DNA from: a virus
Taxonomy: Duplodnaviria; Caudoviricetes
DNA length: 56,711 bases
IMG/VR virus record: IMGVR_UViG_3300024259_000040
Location: 1-56,711 of that record
Direction: 5' to 3' (one strand)
Shown here piece by piece: positions 43,591 through 52,662 of the stretch. Position 1 is the stretch's first letter. Each line of letters begins with the position of its first letter. A model generated the notes under the pieces. The model had not been told where the DNA came from. It ran no database searches and worked only from the letters and a program-made list of their open reading frames with translations. A program made the translations under genes and the position numbers.

Positions 43591-46356
43591 ATGCTGCGCT
43601 TACTCCTTCCTATCGTCGCTCTCTTGGCGCTCACGTCGGACGCCCTGGCCCTGTCGCAGCTCTCTGCGCGTAAGGTCTATGGCCGTGAGATCTTCACCTC
43701 GGCCGACAAGAACGCCGATGAGACGTACACCTTCGACGCTATCAACGAGGTGCGCGCCTTCTTTCCCGGCACCGACTCGCTGAAGATCACCCGCGTCGTA
43801 ACGGATACGCTGCACGCGCGCACGGCCAGCAATCTGACGGTCATATCGCGGGACACTCTACGCGCGACGAACACGCATTTCACGGCGATACGGGGCGACT
43901 CGCTCAAGGGCGACATAGGGTCGAACACCTCACCGACGCTCGACACACTGCGCGTAACCAACCTCCACACGATCTTCTCCTCGGGCAGTAGCTGGTCCAC
44001 GCGCCTCGACTCGCTCGACTACCTGCACGCCGACTCGATAGCCGTCGATAGCCTGACGGTCGCCAACAAAGCGGAATTCCTCGGGGCGATGGATGTGGCG
44101 GGGGCGCTGACGGCGACGGGCCTCATCACGGCGAACGGTGGCTTTACCTCTGCTATCGGCGCCACCTTCTCGGGAGGCCTAACGGCGCAAACGCTCTCTT
44201 CGGACGCTACGACCGAGACGACCAGCGGCACTACCGGTGCTATCCATACAGACGGTGGCCTGGGCGTCGCCAAGGATATTTATTTGGGTGACGATCTGCT
44301 GATAGCGACAGGGGGGGTGCTTAATTGGAACGCCGATAATGTGACCCTTACGCATTCTGATAAGAAATTGACGATGCTGACGGCAGGGGAGACAAATTTC
44401 GTCATCCAGAGTGCTGAATCGGAAGATGCGCTAGTCGAGTTTCGGGGCGATGGAACAGGCACCGAGTACTCCATTGGGCGCGTGGATGGCGGTGACGAGG
44501 ATAAGTTTTGCATCGGTGTTGCGGGTGGGACCAACTACATCTGGATGGACTCGTCGGGGAACCTTGGGGTGAAGAACTCGTCCCCTGGTGCAGCATTGGA
44601 CGTTACGGGAGCAGCGTTGATCTCTTCGACGCTCGGCGTCACGGGCGTTGCTACCTTCACGACGACCATCTCTGCGGCAACCGGATCGACCATTGGGGAT
44701 CTGACACTGGCGAACGGATCTATAACGTCGTCCGGTGCGGCGATTGATTTCGGGGCGGAGAACCTCTCGACGACCGGCACCCTGGGCGCAGGGGCGACCA
44801 CCGTTACCGACCTAACGTCCACCGGCAACACGACCATCGGCAACGCGACGGGAGACGCGCTGACGTTCCATCCGAGCGCATGGACGCTGACGAATGCGGT
44901 GACGATCACAGGGACATGGACAGACCTTGGTATAGTCACGACAGCGGATATCAATGGCGGGACGCTGGATGGCGTGACGATTGGTGGCGCGACTCCCGCA
45001 GCGGCGACGGTGACGACGCTGAACACCACGGGTGCAGTCGTCCACAACGAAGCGGGTGCGGATCTGGATTTTCGCGTAGCGGCAACGGGCGCAACCAATG
45101 CGCTGTTTGTGCAAGGTAGCGACGGCGCCGTCGGCATCGGCACGGCGAGTCCCTCTGCGCGGCTGCACGTTATAGGCGTTGATGCGGTTACTGCCATTTT
45201 TGGAACGGCTGTTTCTGAAGCACTGGAGGTATGGCCGGGGTCCAGTAATGCGGGACCAGCGTTGATGTATGATGATGCCTCCGCCATACGCTTCGGGACG
45301 CACTCAGCTTTTGGATCGGCTGGCTGGAGCGAGAAGATGCGCCTCGACGCAAGCGGCAATCTAGGCCTGGGGGTTACGCCGGAAGCGGCACCTTACGCAC
45401 CGTTTACAGGGTTACACGTTGGCGGCACCTCTTATATCGCCAGTGAGACAACGGCTGCTGCTGGGGCGCAGTTATGGTTAGGGCAGAATGTCACCAGCGA
45501 TACCGACGGTAATAGCGAGTACGTTGTCAATGACGAAGCAAGTCTTATCCAGATGAAAGATGGTCAAATCTTAGCTTTTACTGCTGCTGCATCCACGGGC
45601 GACATCGCCTGGGGAACGGCGAAGCTGACGATTGACAATGCTGGACAATTAGACTCACGGGGCGATGTTGCAGCGGGTTATCAGGCGTTCTTTTTTAACG
45701 ATGGCAATAACGCTAATCGTTATGGGATTGAAGTTCAAGCTGGTGCGGATGACGCATCTGGTGATACTTATTACTTGAATTGTAAAGATGGTGACGGCGG
45801 TTCTGTAGGTTACATCTGGAACACCAGCACCACTTTCCAACTCGTAGATGCGTCGGATAGGCGTATCAAAGATTCCATCGTAGACACTGAGCTTGAGGGA
45901 ATCGAAACGATCAAGAAGCTCAAGGTGCGAGACTTCAACAAGTTCGGCCATCCGGTCAAAGCTGGTTTTGTTGCACAGGAAGTAGCACAGGTTTTCCCGA
46001 AAGCGGCGGCAGGCGATTCGACCGCGACGCGCATGGTCATCACGCCAGATACCACCGACATGCGGCCTATCATCACGCAGCGTCTGAAGGAAGAGATTAC
46101 CGAATACATCCTTGGCGACTCCACTGTCGTAAGTGATACCATGGTCGTCGCCATCCCTGATACGACCTACGAGGCGCGGCAGGATACGACCATTGAACCG
46201 GTGATGATGGGCGTCGCCTACTCGGCGTTCGTGCCGCTGAATGTCAAGGCGATTCAGGAACAACAAGAGATCATCGAATATCAGAATCAGCGCATCGCCA
46301 ACTTAGAGGCGACGGTGGCCGACCTGGTCAAGCGCGTAACTAAATTGGAGAAATGA
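43591..46356 (+). CDS. Tail fibre with a C-terminal intramolecular chaperone (peptidase S74) and an N-terminal signal peptide
   Basis: MLRLLLPIVALLALTSDALA|; G(N/A)(L/V)G(V/I/L) fibre repeats; SDRRIKDSI...GFVAQEV...VKAIQEQQ plus coiled coil. Confidence 0.88.
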   Translation: MLRLLLPIVALLALTSDALALSQLSARKVYGREIFTSADKNADETYTFDAINEVRAFFPGTDSLKITRVVTDTLHARTASNLTVISRDTLRATNTHFTAIRGDSLKGDIGSNTSPTLDTLRVTNLHTIFSSGSSWSTRLDSLDYLHADSIAVDSLTVANKAEFLGAMDVAGALTATGLITANGGFTSAIGATFSGGLTAQTLSSDATTETTSGTTGAIHTDGGLGVAKDIYLGDDLLIATGGVLNWNADNVTLTHSDKKLTMLTAGETNFVIQSAESEDALVEFRGDGTGTEYSIGRVDGGDEDKFCIGVAGGTNYIWMDSSGNLGVKNSSPGAALDVTGAALISSTLGVTGVATFTTTISAATGSTIGDLTLANGSITSSGAAIDFGAENLSTTGTLGAGATTVTDLTSTGNTTIGNATGDALTFHPSAWTLTNAVTITGTWTDLGIVTTADINGGTLDGVTIGGATPAAATVTTLNTTGAVVHNEAGADLDFRVAATGATNALFVQGSDGAVGIGTASPSARLHVIGVDAVTAIFGTAVSEALEVWPGSSNAGPALMYDDASAIRFGTHSAFGSAGWSEKMRLDASGNLGLGVTPEAAPYAPFTGLHVGGTSYIASETTAAAGAQLWLGQNVTSDTDGNSEYVVNDEASLIQMKDGQILAFTAAASTGDIAWGTAKLTIDNAGQLDSRGDVAAGYQAFFFNDGNNANRYGIEVQAGADDASGDTYYLNCKDGDGGSVGYIWNTSTTFQLVDASDRRIKDSIVDTELEGIETIKKLKVRDFNKFGHPVKAGFVAQEVAQVFPKAAAGDSTATRMVITPDTTDMRPIITQRLKEEITEYILGDSTVVSDTMVVAIPDTTYEARQDTTIEPVMMGVAYSAFVPLNVKAIQEQQEIIEYQNQRIANLEATVADLVKRVTKLEK

Positions 46357-46359
46357 CCT

Positions 46360-46587
46360 ATGCCCGACACAGTATTCAACGACCATCTCGTCAAGCCCCT
46401 CGTCCGTTTCGTCTACGCCCTGGCCGCTGTAGCGGTCGTCTACGGCTGTTGCCTCGCTCACACGCAATATATCGTCCACCAGAACAACCTGGGCGAGGCG
46501 GCGCAGTTACGGGCGCAGAACCAGCAGATGGCGGCGTGGATACAGAACGCCCAAGCGCAGGCCAAGCAGCGAGCAACTGCGCCATGA
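46360..46587 (+). CDS. Small membrane protein with a coiled coil
   Basis: GGAG SD; TM segment followed by a Q-rich helix. Confidence 0.55.
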   Translation: MPDTVFNDHLVKPLVRFVYALAAVAVVYGCCLAHTQYIVHQNNLGEAAQLRAQNQQMAAWIQNAQAQAKQRATAP

Positions 46588-46925
46588 CACAGGAAACGAC
46601 GGATCGCGATCTACTCATCCGCATAGATGAGCGCGTCAACATGATGCAGCCGCAAGTCAGTCTGATTGCCGGTATGCAAGGCGTTGTATCCGCCAACGCC
46701 CAGGCCATCGAGCGCATTGACGGTACTTTGAAGCGCCATAATATGAACGGTGCGACCCCCAAGCGTGCCGCTCTCCTGCTGGCATGGATGCCCATCGTCA
46801 AGCAGATCGTCCATTTTGTCATGTTCTTCATTGTGGCCACCGCCGTCACGGCCGGCTACCTCAACCTCGATGTTCTTGGCAGATTATGGAGCATGGCTAC
46901 CACGGGGCAGCTGGGCGCGCAATGA
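46584..46925 (+). CDS. Coiled-coil plus C-terminal TM protein (holin/XhlA-like)
   Basis: DRDLLIRIDERV...TM segment; ATGA coupling. Confidence 0.55.
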   Translation: MTQETTDRDLLIRIDERVNMMQPQVSLIAGMQGVVSANAQAIERIDGTLKRHNMNGATPKRAALLLAWMPIVKQIVHFVMFFIVATAVTAGYLNLDVLGRLWSMATTGQLGAQ

Positions 46926-46980
46926 AACCAATCAGTATAATACTCGCCTGTTTCGCCTTTGTCGCCTGTTACGAAGAGCA

Positions 46981-47193
46981 ATGATACGCGACATGGACAC
47001 GGCCCCGCGCGACGGGACGCCCCTTCTCGGGTGGATTCCCGACCATCGCGGCGCGTGCATCGGCTGGGTGACGATCTCCTGGCAACGCTTTAGCTGCACA
47101 GGCGATAAGTGGTGCGCCTATCCTGATGGACTCCCCGTTAAACCGACCGCATGGATGCCCCTTCCTGATGTACACCCAATACAGGAGGACTGA
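46981..47193 (+). CDS. DUF551-like small protein
   Basis: DTAPRDGTPLL...PTAWMPLP. Confidence 0.75.
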   Translation: MIRDMDTAPRDGTPLLGWIPDHRGACIGWVTISWQRFSCTGDKWCAYPDGLPVKPTAWMPLPDVHPIQED

Positions 47194-47195
47194 TT

Positions 47196-48587
47196 TTGAC
47201 GCTATCCGATCTATCACCGCGACGCCGGCAGGTCCACGATCTTTGGTGGCAGCTATTGTGGACACAGGGCAACCCCTCGACGCAACGCATCGCCGACGAC
47301 CTGGAGATCTCTGTTCCCTCCGTCTCTGCCGCACTGCGCGATCTGCGGCACATGGGGGTCGTCCCCGAGCGACCAACGGGCAGTTACCTTGTGCCAGCGA
47401 GCTGGCTGCTGGAAAAGTTCTGCGACGATTATCCGATGGCGGTCGAGCTACGCGAGGGAGGGATGGAACCGTCGCAGGGCAGCAAAAGTAAGGGGGAGGG
47501 GGAGGCGAAGACCGAGAATGAAGAGGATGACTTCTTTCCGGTAAGGCTATCAGCCAAAGATGTGGGATACCCTGGCGCAGCGGACGAGGACAAGGACGCT
47601 CTGATCGCGGATCTACGCGAGGAGATAGACAGCCTGAAGAGGCTGCTCGAATGGACGACCCACACGCCATCTACCGACCTCCAGGGCGGAACATTCTCGT
47701 TGGCTTGCTCCGATCTGCACTACACCAACCAGGGGCATTTGCTCCATACGGCCATCAACCTGGAGGAGAAGCTGCTGGAGATGCTGGACCGCTTCCAGCC
47801 GAGGCGCTTCCAGGGGATCGTCAACGGTGATGTGATTCAAGGACGCGGCATCTTCCGCAACCAGCACCTGGATAACCTGCTGGCGAAGACCGAGGACCAG
47901 ATCAAAGCGGCCGTCTATCGTTTTTGGGAATTGGATCAGCGGATTGCCGAGAAATTCCCGAAAATGGATCGCGAATGGTGCCTGACGCAAGGTAATCACG
48001 ACTACTCAAAGGGGGAGAGTACGTGCCTACCATTCACATGGGGCTGCAAGCAGTTCGGTGTCCCCATGTCGTTCGTCGGCTACGAGCATATCATCAACCT
48101 GGCCGATGAGGGTACGCACAACGCTTTGGCGCTTCACGGTTATGGAAACAGCGCATTCTCATCCAGCTCGAACAAGCTCATCTTCGAGACGCTGAAGCGC
48201 ATCGTCGGCTATACCAACAAAGGGTATGCGGGGGAGAAGGCGATACGGCGCGTGATTCACAGCCATACGCACTGGCTTAACGTCAACGTGCAGCACGCCG
48301 AGGGGTTATCTATTGATGTGACGGGGGGACTGCATCGCAACGATAGGGCCAACCTGGGATTGAACAACCGCCCCTGTGGATGGATAGGATACGTCTCGCC
48401 GCCCAAGAGCGACGAGATCATCGAGCCGATCGAGATCACGCCGTCGCGGCGTATCCATCGGGCCGAGATAGACGATCCCGACCTGACGGAGAAGAACCGG
48501 GAGGACGCCGTCCGTTGTATCCGCGCGTTCCGCGAGAGGGCGTTGGAGTTGGGCCTCATCAAGGAGACGACCGGGGAGGCCGCATGA
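47196..48587 (+). CDS. HTH-fused calcineurin-like metallophosphoesterase
   Basis: AGGAGG SD + TTG; N-terminal HTH (STQRIADDLEISVPSVS); SDLH, GD, GNHD, HG, HTH metal-binding motifs. Confidence 0.82.
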   Translation: MTLSDLSPRRRQVHDLWWQLLWTQGNPSTQRIADDLEISVPSVSAALRDLRHMGVVPERPTGSYLVPASWLLEKFCDDYPMAVELREGGMEPSQGSKSKGEGEAKTENEEDDFFPVRLSAKDVGYPGAADEDKDALIADLREEIDSLKRLLEWTTHTPSTDLQGGTFSLACSDLHYTNQGHLLHTAINLEEKLLEMLDRFQPRRFQGIVNGDVIQGRGIFRNQHLDNLLAKTEDQIKAAVYRFWELDQRIAEKFPKMDREWCLTQGNHDYSKGESTCLPFTWGCKQFGVPMSFVGYEHIINLADEGTHNALALHGYGNSAFSSSSNKLIFETLKRIVGYTNKGYAGEKAIRRVIHSHTHWLNVNVQHAEGLSIDVTGGLHRNDRANLGLNNRPCGWIGYVSPPKSDEIIEPIEITPSRRIHRAEIDDPDLTEKNREDAVRCIRAFRERALELGLIKETTGEAA

Positions 48588-48823
48588 AAGACCCGATACT
48601 CTACGTCGAATGGGAGGATGCCCGGGGCGTTCATCAGGAATGGACTGACCTGGAGGAGTTGAAGGCGCAGGACACCTGTCGATGTCATTCTGTTGGGAGG
48701 CTCCTCCGCGAGAACAAGAAGGAGATCGTCCTGGTGCCTCACTGGTATGACGACCCGGCCAGCGGCTGCGGCGAGATGGCCATCCCCAAGGGTGCCATCA
48801 AGAAGCGCAAGAAATTGCGCTGA
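48584..48823 (+). CDS. Conserved small phage protein (VEWEDA...SVG...IPKGAI)
   Basis: GGAGG SD, ATGA coupling. Confidence 0.75.
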   Translation: MKDPILYVEWEDARGVHQEWTDLEELKAQDTCRCHSVGRLLRENKKEIVLVPHWYDDPASGCGEMAIPKGAIKKRKKLR

Positions 48824-48889
48824 GTATGTCCACGTTTTTGGGACGTACTGTGTGATAATCACCACGGTTCTTAGCTCTAACGGACTATT

Positions 48890-49153
48890 ATGGCCACGCT
48901 CATCACCATAGCTATCAGCGATGTCGCCAACGGCACCAAGGTCGCCCTGCAAGAAGACGGCGGTGAGCGGGTTGAGTATGTCGTCCAGGCGAGCGACGAT
49001 GAGCGGCGCGCCGTCGAAGCGTGGCGGGAGGCTTTGCAGACGATCTACGAGCAGCACGGGCCTGGCAGCGGTCGCTACGCGGCGGCGCGGCTCTGGCTGA
49101 CGGTCGCACCGGGCGACAAGCACGTGGGCTTCGAGGACACGCTGTATCAGTAG
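48890..49153 (+). CDS. Hypothetical protein
   Basis: Short ORF before the att region. Confidence 0.5.
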   Translation: MATLITIAISDVANGTKVALQEDGGERVEYVVQASDDERRAVEAWREALQTIYEQHGPGSGRYAAARLWLTVAPGDKHVGFEDTLYQ

Positions 49154-49229
49154 TTTGACTTTCCCGCTGTAAACCCCTATATAATGGTATAGATGCGCGC
49201 CGTTTAAATGGCGCGCCCATCGGCGGTCC

Positions 49230-49511
49230 TCGTGCGGCGTTTCGTGCGACGGTCGCCGTAAGTCGTTGACGGCGCTGGGCGGTCAGTCGCCTCGACATAC
49301 CGATTGAATCCGCCACCTGGCTGATCACCCCTTTGTAGCGCCGCAGCGCATCGCACAGGAAGCGCCGTTGCTTCTCTCCCAACGACTTACGACGATTACC
49401 GACGTTCGGCGCGACGACGATTCTGCGCGCCGTTTTTCAGGCGCCAATCGTGCCGTAGCACACTCTGTAGCACAGTCGATATAATACAAAGTGTGCTATA
49501 AAGCGTGCTAC
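49230..49511. other. Putative attP region with arm-type and IHF-like sites
   Basis: Paired repeats with 12-bp period (49230/49242; GTAGCACA 49455/49467; inverted 49492/49504); 12-bp inverted repeat CGTAAGTCGTTG 49257 / CAACGACTTACG 49380; adjacent to the integrase. Confidence 0.6.
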
Positions 49512-49529
49512 AAAAAAACGAGGTGGGAG

Positions 49530-50741
49530 ATGGCCCGAGTCTACCCCTACAAGAAGCGATTCCGTGTTGCCTATTCACTGACGCTCCCCGGCCGGACGCT
49601 GCGGCGGTCGAAGTACCCGCGCAACAAGGCCGAGGCCGACGCGCTGCGCCGTGGCGTGGAGGAGCTGGAGTCGGCGACGCGCCAGCGTATGGCACCGCTC
49701 GAAAAGATTGAGGAGTGGATCGCCCGGGGGTGGATCGCTTCTGACGACGCCGTCGCGGCGTTCCCGGCGTTCGCCCATGCGCCGGCGCGGTTCAAGGCCA
49801 TCGACCTGGATACGATGGTGCAGGCGTTCGCGGATCACTCGGAGAAGAATTCAAAGGGCGATGTGGGGCAGCATGCCCACGTCGCGCGCATGTCGGTGGC
49901 GCGTCAGGTGGTCGCCTGGCTGCGTGCCGAGTGGCCAGCGCTCGACTTCGCGGCGGCCGATCTGCGGGGTTGGCTGGATGAACTGGCGAAAAGGTATGCC
50001 GATGCGACGGTGAGCCACCGCCTGCAGACGCTCCGGCTATTGCTCGACCAGGGGCTGCAGTTGGGGATGATCGAGCGCAATATCGCCCGGGACGTGACGC
50101 TACCCGTCCCCAAGGCGCGCGAGCCGCGCCGCATCCTCACGCAGGACGAGATACGCTATGTCCTCAAGGAGACGAAGGCGCGCGGTGGCGGCTGGCTCAA
50201 CGGCGGCCTGGCGACGGTGGCGCGCCTGGGGCTGTATGCGGGCCTGCGGAACGGCGAGATGACGTGGTGTTGTTGGGACTGGCTGGATACGTCGCGGCGC
50301 CTGCTGACGATCCCCTCCAAAGCCGTGGCGGCCCATGGCGAGGTGTGGACGCCCAAGGACGGCGAGAGCCGGCAGCTCGATGTGAAGCAGGAGCTATGTG
50401 ACTGGTTCGATGAGGAGAGGGAGCGGCAGGAGCGAGAGGGGTTGCTGCATGGCCCCTACGTCATACCCAGCGGCGGGACGTGGAGGCCGCAATACCGAGG
50501 GCGGCCCGTCTGTTACATGGCCATCTCGGCGCGGTGGAGAGATTTTGCGACGACGATCGGGCTGGACAAGAAGATCACCGTCTACTCTTTTCGGCACACC
50601 TACGCGACCGAGCTTTTGCGCGCCGGCGTCGATATTATGACGGTGCGCGATCGCCTGGGCCATAGCGACCTGAAGACGACGATGGGATATTTGCATGCGC
50701 TGGATACGTCACGACACCCGACCGACGCGCTGCCCTACTGA
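49530..50741 (+). CDS. int: Tyrosine integrase
   Basis: GLRNGE (R), PKDG (K), YSFRHT, LGH, MGY catalytic residues. Confidence 0.93.
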   Translation: MARVYPYKKRFRVAYSLTLPGRTLRRSKYPRNKAEADALRRGVEELESATRQRMAPLEKIEEWIARGWIASDDAVAAFPAFAHAPARFKAIDLDTMVQAFADHSEKNSKGDVGQHAHVARMSVARQVVAWLRAEWPALDFAAADLRGWLDELAKRYADATVSHRLQTLRLLLDQGLQLGMIERNIARDVTLPVPKAREPRRILTQDEIRYVLKETKARGGGWLNGGLATVARLGLYAGLRNGEMTWCCWDWLDTSRRLLTIPSKAVAAHGEVWTPKDGESRQLDVKQELCDWFDEERERQEREGLLHGPYVIPSGGTWRPQYRGRPVCYMAISARWRDFATTIGLDKKITVYSFRHTYATELLRAGVDIMTVRDRLGHSDLKTTMGYLHALDTSRHPTDALPY

Positions 50742-50830
50742 CGCCGCCCTCTGCGCGCCCGTTCGCCGCGAACGGCGGCGCTTCTGCAACGCCGCGCGCA
50801 GAAAAAAAGCGGCGCGATGCCTACGACTCA

Positions 50831-51430
50831 TTAGTCGGCTTTCTCCTCTCCTATCCCCCAAAAGCAAAATCCGGGCTGCGTGGCCTGTTCCCTATTCTCA
50901 ACGCTTGCGCCGTTAGCCAACAGTTTCTTTATTAGCGCCGCGTCCTTGTCGTCCTTGTCGTCCTTGTCGTCCTTGTCGTCCTTGTCGTCGGGAAACTCCT
51001 TCGCCAGCAGTCTAATCCCCCCCAACATCATAGCTTGAACCCCTGGCGATAGCGCGCGGAATCGGTCGAGAAGTTCCCTTTCCTCGGGCGTGCGCGCGCT
51101 CTGGTTGTCCTGTTTTGCTATCTCCTCCTCTAACGCTAACCGGCTTTCTTCCAAGAACGCCCCTGGAGCGGGAAGAACTCTTGGCCCTTCACCAGTAAGG
51201 AGCCAGTTAATAGAAACCCCCGCCTGGTCCGATAGGGTGCAAAAAAATTCCAACGGTGGGCGCCGCTGTCCCGTAAGGTAGTATGATAGGGAGTTTTCAG
51301 CTACACCCAGGCGTTCCGCCCACGCCTTTTGGTCCCCCCATTCTTTCCTGATTTCTTTTCGTAGACGAGTCGCAATGTCAAGGAAAAATTCCTTTTCTGT
51401 GATTTTTTTCCTTGACTTCCCTGTAGGCAT
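50831..51430 (-). CDS. CI-like XRE-family repressor
   Basis: QKAWAERLGVAENSLSYYLTGQRRP...GVSINWLLTGEG; divergent from the Cro-like gene. Confidence 0.88.
   Translation of the reverse strand: MPTGKSRKKITEKEFFLDIATRLRKEIRKEWGDQKAWAERLGVAENSLSYYLTGQRRPPLEFFCTLSDQAGVSINWLLTGEGPRVLPAPGAFLEESRLALEEEIAKQDNQSARTPEERELLDRFRALSPGVQAMMLGGIRLLAKEFPDDKDDKDDKDDKDDKDAALIKKLLANGASVENREQATQPGFCFWGIGEEKAD
50941..50989. repeat. 9-bp tandem repeat (CGTCCTTGT)x5, encoding (DDK)5 in the repressor
   Basis: Directly visible. Confidence 0.9.
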
Positions 51431-51446
51431 ACTGTAAATTCCTTTT
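51377..51446. promoter_or_regulatory. Lysis/lysogeny switch: rightward promoter and operator-like repeats
   Basis: TTGACT(51412)-N17-TAAATT(51435); palindrome AAGGAAAAATTCCTT (51380); inverted repeat GTCAAGGAAAAA/TTTTTCCTTGAC. Confidence 0.6.
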
Positions 51447-51484
51447 TAGTGAATTTGTTCACATTTTAATGGAGGTCAGAAACC

Positions 51485-51715
51485 ATGACGCCGACGGAAA
51501 TTAAAGTTCGTATGCTACTGTTCGGCGTAAAGCAGGTGCGAATTGCCGAGCGCCTGGGTGTTTACCCCTCTGCCGTTCACAACGTTATCTCCGGCTTTAG
51601 TCGTGCTGAGAAGGTCGAGCGGGCTATCGCCAATGAGATCGGGATGGACCGCGACGAGATTTTTCCGGTTATCAGGGGGAAATATACACCCGAGCATGTC
51701 GTAGTATCGACGTAA
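51485..51715 (+). CDS. Cro/Ner-like HTH protein
   Basis: GGAGG SD; KQVRIAERLGVYPSAVHNVISG. Confidence 0.85.
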   Translation: MTPTEIKVRMLLFGVKQVRIAERLGVYPSAVHNVISGFSRAEKVERAIANEIGMDRDEIFPVIRGKYTPEHVVVST

Positions 51716-51861
51716 AAAAGCCGCCGTCGCGTGTTTGCGGCAGCGGCCTAAACCCTTCGTTTTTCTCGCTGATCGGTTGTCGAGGCCAGGACAGTGAGAA
51801 AAACACACACCCCAAACAGCACCGGCTAAGAACGCGATTTTAGCCGCCACAGGAGGCTTTT

Positions 51862-52167
51862 ATGGGATTGCCTTATTATACGAACAAGTCCTCTCTTCGT
51901 CAACCCGAGAATATATCGCCACCCGACGCTATTCTCGACGCTCACGCCGCTCTCGCCGCCCGTCGCATCGCTTCTCGGCGCGCCCTGGCCGCTATCAAGG
52001 CTGAGCTGGCGAACGACCCCCCCGACATCAAGAAGAACCGTTTTACGGCCCGTCTGCGCGCCGAAGTACTGAAGGAGCGCGGGCTGGCCGTTTCTGTGGG
52101 TGCCGCTGGCCGGACGTGGCGCGACGACGAGCTGGTCGCCCGCGCCGCCGAGCGGGGGGAGCTGTGA
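51862..52167 (+). CDS. Hypothetical early protein
   Basis: AGGAGG SD. Confidence 0.65.
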   Translation: MGLPYYTNKSSLRQPENISPPDAILDAHAALAARRIASRRALAAIKAELANDPPDIKKNRFTARLRAEVLKERGLAVSVGAAGRTWRDDELVARAAERGEL

Positions 52168-52169
52168 GT

Positions 52170-52370
52170 ATGGCCACTACGACGAAGCACCTTGACGCGG
52201 CCTCCGACGCGCGAATCCTCCGCACTATCGCCCGCGAAGACCTCATCTACGCACTGCAGCACCCCGAGACGTTCGATCCGGCGCAGCTCCGCGCTGTCTT
52301 GAGTGCCTTGCCCGAGCCGCCCGCCGACGAGATCGCCGGCATCGAGGCGGCCCTGGAGGACTCCCAATGA
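52170..52370 (+). CDS. Hypothetical protein
   Basis: GGAG SD; closely packed. Confidence 0.55.
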   Translation: MATTTKHLDAASDARILRTIAREDLIYALQHPETFDPAQLRAVLSALPEPPADEIAGIEAALEDSQ

Positions 52371-52507
52371 ACTGCACACGCCCCGACTACTGGCTGCGCG
52401 CCGAACGCGCCGCCGATTACCTCGCCGTGACGGCGTTCGTCGTGCTGGCCCTGCTCTGTGGGGCCGGCCTGGCGGCGCTGACCAACGGCTGAAAGGACGC
52501 CCGAGAA

Positions 52508-52660
52508 ATGAAATCCTATCACATCAACGCCGTGCAGGACGACTGGAGATTCCTAAGTGCGCAGATCCGCGCTCGCTCCGAGAAGGAAGCCAAGAAAAAG
52601 TTTCGGCGCCGGTTCAAGGGCGTTCGGGATGTTCAAGTCGAGTTCACCGAGGAAGCATAG
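52508..52660 (+). CDS. Small basic hypothetical protein (50 aa; not in the ORF track)
   Basis: MKSYHINAV...ARSEKEAKKKF. Confidence 0.5.
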   Translation: MKSYHINAVQDDWRFLSAQIRARSEKEAKKKFRRRFKGVRDVQVEFTEEA

Positions 52661-52662
52661 CC

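Noticed and set aside
49290-49325. tRNA/tmRNA 3'-end fragment as att core (GATTGAATCCGCCACCTGG)
   Set aside because: Only loosely T-arm-like, with no GTTC loop or cloverleaf; cannot be supported without a search
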